Source of the DNA: Octopus sinensis
Lineage: Eukaryota
Direction of reading: 5' to 3'
DNA: 64,000 bases
Assembly (NCBI RefSeq): GCF_006345805.1
Contig: NC_043011.1
Location: 44,404,464 to 44,468,463 of the forward strand
Positions 24,706-36,558 of this stretch are shown here, in pieces (the stretch's first letter is position 1; every line of letters begins with the position of its first letter). The notes under the pieces are model-generated. The model was not told where the DNA came from. It made no database searches and was given only the letters and a program-made list of their open reading frames with translations. The position numbers and the translations under genes are program-made.

Positions 24706-25495
24706 AGTTTCTTTATTAGCCACTGCACACAGATGGGACAAGTTACAAGGTAGAGCTTTTCTTTTGGGGGATGAAAAAAAAAAGTGGCGTAGGTTTTCGA
24801 TCAAAAGGGATCGTAAAAGGGAAAAAAGAAAAAAGAAAAAAGGAAAAGAAACAAAAGAAAAGAGAAAAGAAAAAAGAAGAAAAAAAGAGGAAGAAGGAGG
24901 AAGAGGGAAAAAAACGATCAATAGGGATCGTGTATCACAGTGTCATGATGTACGGTGTAAAGGGGGAAGCAGATAAGGTTTATCCGTGGGAAGAAAAGCC
25001 TACGAAAAAGACCACGGTAACCTCGGTCAATATTGTTATATTTTACCACATTTGTTTGCAAGTGGGTAACCCTCTGTTTCAATTTCTGGGTTCATAGGAT
25101 TATGCTCAAGGTGGCTTCGTCATTCATACGTGCCATCCTTGCTACATTCACCCATCTTTTTTTAAAACATTCGCTAGACAAAACTTGCCTCTCTACTCTC
25201 ACTTTCCTTTTCAAGTGATACTTGAAGAAGTTGATGAGAGATTGACCAGAGAGTAAAGCGTTTGTCTCCAATCCTTTCAGACGCGTCCACCAGATATATT
25301 CTTTCGCCATAGCCACAAGGATGAAGAAAATAGCTCTTCTTTCCCGTTTCAAGGAAGGAGGCGTGACAATATTGACGATAGACTCAGCTGATAAACCGAC
25401 TCGTCCAACACGTGACAGCAGTTGTTCGACATAAGCCCACAGGTCGGAAATTGTTGGACACTTCACGAGTGCGTGCAGAACGGGCAGGTCGGCCC
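24706..25495 (-). mobile_element. 5'-truncated Tx1/L1-clade LINE (ORF2 C-terminus plus 3' UTR) inserted at a (GATA)n edge
   Basis: ORF 25092-25466 CPTISDLWAYV...AKEYIWWTR...CFKKRW; 3' end AATAAAGAAAC; 16-bp TSD CATAGACGGATAGATA at 24690-24705 and 25496-25511. Confidence 0.8.
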
Positions 25496-25503
25496 CATAG
25501 ACG

Positions 25504-25549
<46 letters not shown>

Positions 25550-25631
25550 ATAGATAGATAGATAGATAGATAGATGATGGATGGATGGATAGATGGATGG
25601 ATGGTGGGAGGGAGGGAGGGAGGGAGGAAGG

Positions 25632-25714
<83 letters not shown>

Positions 25715-26052
25715 CGACAGATAGATAGATAGATGGATGGATGGATGTATGGATGGATAGATACGTACATCATTGTCATATTTCGGGCGACAGGCAGTAA
25801 AAGGTCATGGAATGATTTGTACCTGTCGAGCAAACAAGAAAAAAAATTCCCACAAAAGGAAATGAAGGAAAAAGAGAAAAAGACTACATAAGAAAACAAA
25901 AACAAATATTTGAAGCTATATGCTTTAAAATAAAGCTTTAACACTAATGCCATGCAAATTAGCTTCTCCAGTTTTATGTAGCTACTGTAAGTGTCGAGTA
26001 TATGAAATGATTGATTTCTTGTTTCTCCGGAATTGGTCAAATTGATGCAAAT

Positions 26053-26096
26053 GCCTCTGATGAGAATCCAGTATGATTCAAAAATCGATTAACGGT
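26053..26096 (+). ncRNA. Minimal hammerhead motif with G12A core mutation
   Basis: GCCT-CTGATGA-GAATC-CAGTAT-GATTC-aAAA-ATCGAT-TA; perfect 5-bp stem II and palindromic stem III; relative at 33622-33666 (-). Confidence 0.55.
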
Positions 26097-26646
26097 GTTC
26101 ATAATGTAGAATTCTTCGATCTACTGCAAAACAGCTGAATTAGACCTACTTATATATAACACAGACAATATAAACTCTCACACCCACACAAGCACATGAT
26201 ACCTCAACATAGGCTAGATATACATACACACGCAACACGTACTAACACACGCTACATACATAGACAAAGATAACTTTCGCTCAAATATATACGCCATACA
26301 CATGTTTGGTCACTGACACACACACATACATGTACACATACCACGTGAACAAGCACACTTCAACTGCTACACACAAACACACGTTACAGACGCCACACTA
26401 ACACACGCACACACTCAAACACTTCAGAGTCACTTGCCCCTATTCACACATACACATTCACACTCACCATTTTCTCACACACGCACCTTCATTTAGGATC
26501 ACCAACACTTTATTATCTCCCTCTCTTTAACCTCTTTTTTTTTATTAATATCTCTTTTTCTTTCAAACATTTTTCTAATCATTCACCATGCTTTACCGTT
26601 AAATCTTCAAGTTTTTTTCATTCTCTCTTTGTTTATTTTCTCATTC

Positions 26647-26682
26647 CTTTCTGTTGAAGAGCATAGGCTCGAAACGTAAAAG
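26647..26682 (+). ncRNA. Minimal hammerhead motif in a PLE pseudo-LTR (core CTGTTGA)
   Basis: CTTT-CTGTTGA-A-GAGC-ATAG-GCTC-GAAAC-GTA-AAAG; stems I and II pair. Confidence 0.6.
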
Positions 26683-26845
26683 ATTTTTTTCGTTTTCTCA
26701 AGCGTCAAACTAATACACTTGCTTGATGTTCATACACCTGTCTTCGTCATTTGTTTTTCTATAAATTTCAACTATATATCATCCACCTCACTCTCTATTT
26801 TGTATCGTATCTAAATTAACTATTACTTAACCATCCTTTCACACC

Positions 26846-26897
26846 GTCTCCGGTGAAGGGATATAATTAATAAATATCCTGGAAACAGCTGTAAGAC
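26846..26897 (+). ncRNA. Minimal hammerhead motif (core variant CCGGTGA)
   Basis: GTCT-CCGGTGA-AGGGATAT...ATATCCT-G-GAAAC-AGCT-GTA-AGAC; stem I GTCT/AGAC and palindromic CAGCTG stem III. Confidence 0.65.
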
Positions 26898-27009
26898 CTA
26901 TCTATAAATGTTCTAATATCTACACAGCCTTAGTTTTTTTATCTCATTACGCAAAAAATTCTTATACATCAGTTTTCTGATAGCCTGTGTCTGTGGAATT
27001 TAGTGGAGT

Positions 27010-27140
27010 ACGTTGACTTTGCTATTCATGCTTGTGACGGTGGGGGCGATAAAATAAGTACCAGTTGAGCACTGGGGTCGATGTACTCGACTTAGCTTCT
27101 CCTTCGAAATTCCTGGCCTTGTGCCAAAATCCGAAACTAA
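27010..27140 (+). mobile_element. SINE family B, older subfamily, partial
   Basis: GATAAAATAAGTACCAGTTGAGCACTGGGGTCGAT...GGCCTTGTGCC. Confidence 0.75.
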
Positions 27141-27951
27141 TATTCGTGAAATTGCTTCATGTGTCAAACATCACTTGCTATATATGTGTGTGAGTGTGTG
27201 TGTGTGTATTATATATAAATGTATATATGTATATGAATGTATATATACATATGTACGTGTACACATATGTGTATGTATGTGTGCGTGTACATTTTTGTAA
27301 AGCATTATTACAAACCACAAACATATAACTTAGTAAGTTTCCGTATCAGGGTATACACCCAAAACTTATATATAAACTAATACATACAAACACTCACATA
27401 TATATATATAAATATATACCTATGCCTATGTGTGTGTGTAATTATGTATGTATAAAAGTGTGTATGAATTCATTTATTTAATATCTCTAGAGACTTTGCA
27501 ATTGCGCAAATTAACGATTACATAAATGTGTTTATATCTATATTTAATATCCAATGTTTTCTGGATGTAAAATGAGGTTTATTTATGAATGACTAAACGA
27601 TCTTAACTCACTTCATCAAAATGGCTGCTCGCCAAACGACAGGGAGCTACGTTAATGTATAATTTTGCAAAAAAAAAAAAAAAAAAAAAAAAAAGAAAAG
27701 AAAATCGATAAATAACCTTCGACAACATCCAATCTTCTCAGGAAATTTCGAGAAGAAATATATTAAACGCTTTCGTGTTACTACCATTCTGCTGATCGAA
27801 ATGGAAAACTATTCTTTTTTCTGCGATATTGAAATGAACAGAACATATTTTAATAATGTCGTTAAACAACTATTGATGTTTTTGGAGTTGAGATACGCAA
27901 TGAGAGTCACAGTAAAAATGATACAAACGTATATACATACACCACACAACA

Positions 27952-27995
<44 letters not shown>

Positions 27996-28010
27996 ATATA
28001 TATATATATA

Positions 28011-28258
28011 TTTCCTTTAGAGGGCTTAGAAAAACTGAAGGACTGCTACAATAAGTGTTTGAATCTGAGATGAGAATATGTTGATAAATATATATATATA
28101 TATATATATACATATCTATATATTATATACATATATATATACATATACACACAACACACATTATATATATATATATATATTTCCTTTAGAGGGGTTAGAA
28201 AAACTGAAGGACTGCTACAATAAGTGTTTGAATCTGAGATGAGAATATGTTGAATAAT
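28011..28258 (+). mobile_element. Two tandem copies of a mariner-MITE internal fragment inside (TA)n
   Basis: 28011-28090 and 28181-28258 ([18 protein letters not shown]) match 58918-58985. Confidence 0.75.
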
Positions 28259-28311
28259 TATATATATATATATATATATACATACATATATATATATATA
28301 CATATATATAT

Positions 28312-28350
<39 letters not shown>

Positions 28351-28371
28351 GGTGTGGTGTGTGTGTTGTGA

Positions 28372-28442
<71 letters not shown>

Positions 28443-28685
28443 TATATATATATAACATATATATATAAGGCGGTGCGTGAGTGATAGTATATATATATCG
28501 GATTTCTTTTTTTTTTCTTTGGTTTTCTCTTAATCTGCTTTTATGTCCGTGAAATTGCATCTGTATTGGATTTCTATATCGAAATAGTTGTTTATGTACT
28601 CTTTCTTTATATATGTATAGGTATTTACATACTCACACGTACGCGTGTATAGAGTGAGAGAAAACACATGTTTGTATGCATATGC

Positions 28686-28719
<34 letters not shown>

Positions 28720-28768
28720 CGTGCATACACATGCACATATGTATGTATACACACACACACACACACAC

Positions 28769-28801
<33 letters not shown>

Positions 28802-28825
28802 CTATATATATATATATATATACAG

Positions 28826-28868
<43 letters not shown>

Positions 28869-28954
28869 TATGTATGTATATAGAGGGATATGGATGTGAC
28901 CGTTTGCATATATGTATGCATATATATATGCGTGTGCGTTTGTATATATATATA

Positions 28955-29053
<99 letters not shown>

Positions 29054-29122
29054 CATACATACATACATATCCATACACGTGTGTGTAAATGTATCTGTAT
29101 ATATATATATATATATTATATA

Positions 29123-29162
<40 letters not shown>

Positions 29163-29284
29163 GTATGTATATATACATACATATTTATACATATATACAT
29201 ATATACACATTCATATATATATGCATGTACTTATGTTTGTATGTATATATGTATGTAAATATATATGTGTGTTTGTGTGAGTGT

Positions 29285-29333
<49 letters not shown>

Positions 29334-29859
29334 CTGTACATGTGTTTCTAGCTTGCAGTTAATTAAAACTGAAGCATCTATGGAATATCTGGTCGTGGCA
29401 GGGTGTCTGTCTTATCTAAATAAATGATTGCTGCTCAGAATGCAGTCATCACACATGCACATATGCATTAATGCGCCAATGCATATGAGCAGAGATGTTC
29501 ATATTGACAGGGCAATTCTCATGTGAACATTGCACAACATCAAAGTGATGCATGTCGCTGTGTATTTAAATATTAATGCATCAACGTTGAATGGATTCTG
29601 TGGTCCTCTGTTTTTGGAAACGACTAGAAATATTCGACTATGTATCTGGTGCTACTACAGCCATTTCGGAACGTGGATCTGAGGAATTTGTCAATCGTCT
29701 CTATCGTTTATACTATCAATGTTACAGCTTAGAAATGTACCTCACGAGAAATTAAAAATCGCAGCTAAGTGTACCTCAAACCACACCGTATTTGCTTTTC
29801 TGATAATGATGTACATTCTGAAGATGAAGATCAAATGATAAGAATTGAAAGCTATATAC

Positions 29860-31162
29860 CAAGTCTAAAAATGTCGCCATAGAATGACATGATAAATCAA
29901 TAGCAAGAAAAACGAATGCAGGGCCAGTAATCGAGAAACCGAATATAATAGAATGGATAATTATAAAATTGTAGCTTTATCTAAGCCGTGCAGGACTCAG
30001 GGGTGAAACTGAAGAATTATTTTTTGTGGCTCATGATCAAAGTCTTCGGACCAGAAATAATCTAAAGCATGTGACGAAGAAAAATACAGTAACTGTCTAA
30101 TATTTTTGGAAGAAACATTTAGACAGTCTGAACGAAGAAAAAATATAAGTACAAGCATGACAGAATCATGGTTTTCAGAGAGTGGAATTTATGTCTGTCA
30201 ATAGGATGATATACCAAGAGAGAGAAATGGTAAAGTCATACACCAGTAAAGTTTCAACAGAATGGCAAAGTGACCATGCGTTGTGATACGCTCTCGTACA
30301 CACAAATATTTCAGGGTCAATACACCAGATATGATTGTCAAGGACCACCAGGAAGGGAAGTGTCTCCAGATCAAAGTATCAATTGCAACAGAGGATTATG
30401 GATCTCTTTTACTTGTTTCAGCCATTTGGTCGCAGCCATGCTGGAGCACCGCCTTTAGTCGAGCAACTCGACCCATGACTTATTCTTTATAAGCCTAGTA
30501 CTAATTCTATCGGTCTCTTTTGCCGAACCGCTAAGTTACGGGGACGTAAACACACCAGCATCGGTTGTCAAGCGAGGTTGGGGGGACAAACTCAGACACA
30601 CAAACATATACACACACATACATATATATACATATATATGACGGGCTTCTAAATCCACTCACAAGGCTTTGGTCGGCTCGAAGCTATAGTAGAAGACACT
30701 TGCCCAAGGTAACACGCAGTGGGACTTAACCCAGAACTATGTGGTCATTAAGCAAGCTACTGACCACACAGCCACTCTTGAAAAAGAAATAGAAAAACTA
30801 TCCAAAAATGCAAACATATGGAGAAATGGAGAGACTTTCAAAATACAAAGACCTGGAAATAGAGGTAACTCGAATGTGGTGTCTGAAAACTGAAACAATT
30901 CCTATCATAGTAGGCACATTAGGTATGATAAAAAAAATATTCAGACAAATACATAATAAAGGCACCAGGACTTACAAGTATATATAACATACAGAAAATT
31001 GCACTACTGGGTGCACACATCCTACGCAAAACATTTTCACTACAGTAGTCATAACAGCACCACAGCAAACCACAGCACATACCCAAGGCACACAGAACTG
31101 TGCTTGGTAGTGCGCTGAAAGCACGCCATAAAAATAAAGGTACTAAATAATAATAATAATAA
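29860..31162 (+). mobile_element. R4/Dong-like retrotransposon 3' remnant with (TAA)n tail, interrupted by a SINE
   Basis: Manual translation GLRGETE..FVAHDQSLRTRN, PDMIVKD, KYKDLEIEVTRMW, IPIIVGTLG, IQKIALLG.HILRK; TAATAATAA tail. Confidence 0.85.
30404..30780 (-). mobile_element. SINE family A nested in the R4/Dong-like element
   Basis: Near full-length homology. Confidence 0.9.
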
Positions 31163-31613
31163 CAGCAATGATAATGGTGGTGGTGGTATTCGCGATGACA
31201 ATGATGATGATGATGATTTCTATCATTTGTCACGAGGCCTGGAACGTTGGTGTCAAGAAAGTCAATTAATGAAATCGAATTAATCAATATTGTGATTCTA
31301 CCAAGATATTTGTGTTGTGCTAATGTTAAAGGCCATACATTCATCATCATCGTCATGACCACGACGCCCACAATCATGACCGCCATCATCACCAATACCA
31401 TCATCGTCATCACCACCACCAACACCACCATCATCATCATCACTACCACCACTACCACTACAGCCATCACTACCACCATTATCGTCATCTTCATCATCTT
31501 CACCCCTACCCCCACCACTTTCACTACCACCACCATCTTCACTAACGCCATCATCGTTGCTTTTGTATGTAATGATAAACTCTGTAGAATGATGACTTAT
31601 CTGTATTGTGGTA

Positions 31614-32166
31614 TTGGGTTGTCCGGAAAGTTTGTGCCGATTTATAGTAGCTTATCTTTCGACTTGTTGAGTCCATAAAATAGGATTTGACTACACCTCC
31701 ATTTAGGGCACAGTTTAAGCTATCTTTTCGTGGAAGAAGGTTTATGTTCCTATAACCTGTGTTAATTCTGTAACCCTTTAAAATGGAAGATAAGAAAGTT
31801 CATTTTCGGCACTTGATGCTTTGGGAACCAGACAAAAATTGCTGCGGCTCGGCTGGGATGTGTTACCCCACCCTCCATATTCACCAGATATTGCTCCTTC
31901 AGATTTCCACTTATTCAGATCTCTGCAGAATAGGCTTAATGGTAAAAATTTCAATTCCTTGAATGACGTAAAAAGATACCTTGATGAATTCTTTGCCATG
32001 CAATCACCTCAGTTCTGGGAAGAGGGTATTTTCAAGTTAAAGGAAAGATGGAGACGCATTGTGCAACAAAATGGTTCATATTTGGTTGATTAAAAATGTA
32101 ACAGCAAGTATTTATTGACCTTTTTCTTTCCTTTAAAAATCGGCATGAACTTTCCGGACAACCCAA
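31614..32166 (+). mobile_element. Internally deleted mariner transposon (non-autonomous, 553 bp)
   Basis: ~30-bp TIRs TTGGGTTGTCCGGAAAGTT(T/C)(G/A)TGCCGATTT and TA duplications at 31612-13 and 32167-68; N-terminus MEDKKVHFRHLMLWE (ATG 31783) joined out of frame to HPPYSPDIAPSDFHLF...GSYLVD. Confidence 0.95.
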
Positions 32167-32254
32167 TATCTGGTTATTTATGACCTTTCATGTTCCCAAT
32201 TCAATCCCTTCCAATGTCGACTGTGTTTAGTCCATATTACTCCGTAAGGACACA

Positions 32255-32470
32255 AGGGCTGCTTTCCTAGATTCACTGGCGTATATATTCCTCCCTGGGC
32301 GGAGGATACCGGTCCGTTGCAGGATTATTCCTTTTTGCTAGCTGCGTGAACTGGAGCAACGTGAAATGAAGTGTTTTGCTCAATAACACAACGCGTCGCC
32401 CGGTCCAGGAATCGAAACCACAATCTTACGATCATGAGTCCAACACCTTAACCACCGAGTCATACGCTTC
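32255..32470 (-). mobile_element. tRNA-derived SINE family C
   Basis: Homologous to 51105-51335 (GGTTTCGATTCC B-box; TTGAGCAAAACACTTCATTTCACGTTGCTCCAG). Confidence 0.8.
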
Positions 32471-34944
32471 GACTGTACCTTCCAAGAATCAGTAAAACAT
32501 TTAACAATAAAATACAAGGCATCGATATAATCAATTAACCCTTCTCCCACCCCGTGCACCAACCCCCAAATTTGGTGAGATACTTTCGGAAAATGGTCAA
32601 TAATTTCGTTGCAGAAGTGGACAGCACCAGTAGCTTTTACAAGCATTTCTTGACTGGGGAAGAATTGTTATTACGGATGGCGGGTGAGATGGGGGTTAAT
32701 GTAGGAAATGAATAAGGTGAATGTGAGACGATCACTGATAGGGTGGAGAGACATGACTAATGTAGTGAATGCATGGTGGATTAATGCTTAAAGAATACTA
32801 GTAGACGGGATGAAATGGTTATGAGGGTTAAGGGTAAAGTTAATTTTAAAAAAGTAAGGTAAGTGAAGGGTTTTTTTGATAGGAAATCATATGCTCAGAG
32901 GATTTTCATTTGCGTGTTGTGAAGTAGATTTGGAGTTGTATGCAAAGACGTTAACGGGTCGAAGTCTTAGCTAATGTAGGAACGACAGAAGAAGCATAAG
33001 GGTGAAAGAAGTGGAGGAGATGGACATACGATCAGTAGTTTAGACGAGCAGTGGCTGTAATAGGAGTAGTAGCGATAGAAGTGATGAGAGAGAGAGAGAA
33101 AGAGAGAGAGAGAGTATCTAGCTGGGCAAGCCAGCGACGAGCGAGTGGTTGAAGCATATTGTCGACTAAGAATCAATAGTTGTTGCCGTTATTTATGTTG
33201 GTAATGTTATGGTTGTTGTTATTAGTGGTAGTGGTGGTCGTCGTTATCGTTATAGTGATGGTGATGATGGTGATGATGTGGTGATGGTGGTGATGGTGAT
33301 GATTGTGGTGATGGTGATGATTGTGGTGATGATGGTGGTGGTGGTGGGTGTTGCTCTTGTTCCTCCTCTTCTTTATCCGCCAGGTCAACCCTTCTCTAAA
33401 AACCTAAAAATGAAAGACATTCTGCCTATGACTATTCCTTCTCTAATTTCTTCAATTGCTATATTTACAATAACGTTATCCACTGCTGAAGGCTCATACG
33501 TCGTCTTCGACGGAAGGGTCCATCATATATTACAGATTCCATGCACATGAAAACCTATGAAGAAGACAAGCAAACAAGTCAATTTTATTCATTTGTTTGA
33601 AAATTAGAAAAAATTATGAACAGCCTTTATCGATTTTCGGTAATTATTGAGGTCTCATCAGATGTGACTACTTCATTTGATTAATCCCAGAGAAATAAGT
33701 TGCTATTCCATTTGTATATTTATCAAATGTAGAAGCTACAGAGAACTGGAGCAACTAATTAGTATACCATTAACGTACGTATGTATGTTTGTTTGTATGC
33801 ATGTACATATATATATATATAAATATGTATGTGGGTGTGTGTGTGAGTGTGAGTGTGAATGTTTGTGTGTGTGTGTATATTTAAGTGTTCATTAATACAA
33901 ACAGTTTCGTGTTACCGCTGATCATGTAACGAGAGAAGTGTTTTAATTGACAATATTATAAATAACGATAATATAGTACATGATACGTTCATGAAATGAA
34001 TAAGTTTTCCTCCCTCTTCTGTTCTGAAACACGTAAGTCTCCCTACCAAATTGTCGAGCACTGATCGTCACGCAGAGAACCCTTAGGTGAAAATGGAGTA
34101 ACTACTTCTTGCAACAGATTTCTATAATACTGCAGTTACGTTGAGAAAGGAGTAGAAGAGACTGATAGAGAAAACACAGTTTAGCAATCCAGCGATAATT
34201 AAGTGGTTGAGGCGTGTCTGTGCGTGAAGATCAGTTACGTAGTAAGTGGGATATTTACATTTGATTTATTTATTTACCTATTTATTTATTTATGTATTTA
34301 TTTATTTATAATAGCCCTACTATCTTGACAGCTGTAACTAACTTTGACGTTATTTTTAATGATAGAAAGATTGTATGGAAATATTTGGTCTGCTATTTAT
34401 AACGTTCTGTCACTATACAACATCATTTGCACCAAAGTCATATGCGCTGTTTGTACATAAATATTATATCTTTCTTAATCAATCAAATTTGTTCCTGAAA
34501 AATCACGTAACTTAAGCACATTCAGACGAAAAAAATCAATTGATTAATCTCTCCTGAGTATGTTATCAGTAACGCAAATCTATTGTCATGTGCGAAGAGT
34601 TGAACCAGTTTTTTTTTTAATAAATAATAAACTATCTTATGAATTCGGTGTTTTTGCTCTCATTTATACACTTAACTGTGAGTCTTCGTACCGAAGGCAT
34701 CCTAGGGAGTTTTTTTTCCATTTTTTTTTTCATTTATGTATTAACCTAACAAATCAGAGAATCACTTCTATACTGAAGCAATATTCTCTTAACCGTTCTA
34801 TCATGTGGTAAATAAGTGTTAGTATATACTTGTTTGATGAGGTTTAATAAGGCAGAAATATATCCAGAAAATGAACCCTGTACTTATTAAGGATCAAACT
34901 TCCCCTACTGGATATTTTTATTTAATTTTTTATTATCTTTTAGC

Positions 34945-35100
34945 GTTTATCCTTTACTTGTTTCACTCATCCGACTGTAGTCATGCTGTGGTACCATCCT
35001 GAAGAATTTCTTTTCTTTTTAAAGTCTGGTACTCAGTACTTATTCTATCGATTCCGTATGCCGAACCGCTAGGCTACGGAGACATAAAGACACCACCACC
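34945..35100 (-). mobile_element. SINE family A, 3' part, degenerate
   Basis: TTTACTTGTTTCACTCAT...GTACTTATTCTATCG...GCCGAACCGCTA homology. Confidence 0.7.
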
Positions 35101-35439
35101 AGATATAATTCAAATTTAGTAGAAGATATTTTAGGCTCAATGCGTTACGCAAGTTAGCCTGTAAATGTACATACATACTGGCAAACAGACAGAGAAGCAG
35201 ATATATCATATACACGCGTACATACATCTACATGCACACATATAAACATACACACAAACATATATAACTTCATACATGTGTTATGAGAGAGGGGGGAGGT
35301 CGTCATATATAAACATTTAATTACCACCCTGTGTGCATGAAAAATGTCTGCCAAAATGCTCTGTGGTGGCTATCGTTATGATACTTAACATTAATGACTA
35401 CTGACTACAGTAAATAGTAGTAGTAGTAGTAGAAGCAGT

Positions 35440-35500
<61 letters not shown>

Positions 35501-35526
35501 GTGGTGGTGGTGGTGGTGGTGGTGTG

Positions 35527-35573
<47 letters not shown>

Positions 35574-35577
35574 TCTA

Positions 35578-35618
<41 letters not shown>

Positions 35619-35623
35619 GGTTC

Positions 35624-35663
<40 letters not shown>

Positions 35664-36107
35664 CATTTTGTGTATAGCAATAAGGAGTTCTACCGCTGGC
35701 AACAGAACAGTAAATTTTCGAGTAGGTGAGGGCTGTAGTTGATTTTTATCGATCTCATTACTTATTTATTTATTTCATATCGAAAGTGACAAAACAATGA
35801 GACTTGTTGAATATAGTTTTCCGATATGCCGGTCACGGTGGCTTAAGCTTATGAGCAAAATTAAACTCTGTGTGACGACCACAAGAAGATTAGCACAAAA
35901 CTATCGACTGGATATGAAAAGAAAAGTGATATGACTCACAAGTTAGGGATTCATACAGGAAAAATACATAACTCTGAGTTTTTACAGGAAGAAAATAAGG
36001 CCGAAATTCTTCCCTCTGATATTTGATCAACCTTTGTACAAAATAGAAGAATACAAAGATAGTAAATAGGGGACAGTTAAAAAAGTTTGCTATAAGAAGA
36101 TACCTAT

Positions 36108-36275
36108 AGTAGGAGTGGCTGTGTGGTAAGTAGCTTATTTACCAACCACATGGTTCCGGGTTCATTCCCACTGCATGGAACCTTGCAGTCTTCTGCTATA
36201 GCCTCGGGCCGACCAAAGCCTTGTGAGTGGAATTGGTAGACAAAAACTGAAAGAAACCCGCCGTATATATGTATG

Positions 36276-36326
<51 letters not shown>

Positions 36327-36558
36327 GTGTGTGTGTATGTTTGCGTGTCTGTGTTTGTCCCCCCCTCCAACATCGCTTGACAACAGATACTGGTGTGTTT
36401 AGTCCCCGTAACTTAGCGGTTCGGCAAACAAGAACGATAGAATAAGTACTAGGCTTCCAAAGAATAAGTCCTGGGGTCGATTTGCTCGACTAAAGGTGGT
36501 GCTCCAGCATGGCCGCAGTCAAATGACTGAAACAAGTTAAAGAGTAAAAGAGTAAAAA
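36108..36558 (+). mobile_element. SINE family A, full length
   Basis: Head-to-tail homology. Confidence 0.9.

Noticed and set aside
29424-29443. TGATTGCTGCTCAGAATGC resembling miR-315
   Set aside because: The seed end differs and there is no pre-miRNA-length stem.
31821-32093. Mariner ORF as a functional or domesticated (SETMAR-like) gene
   Set aside because: Only the C-terminal ~90 aa remain, starting at TTG and out of frame with the true ATG because of an internal deletion.
33523-33554. GFHVH (Cu/Zn SOD-like) in an alternative frame of the candidate exon
   Set aside because: A stop follows after five more codons; no other SOD motifs.
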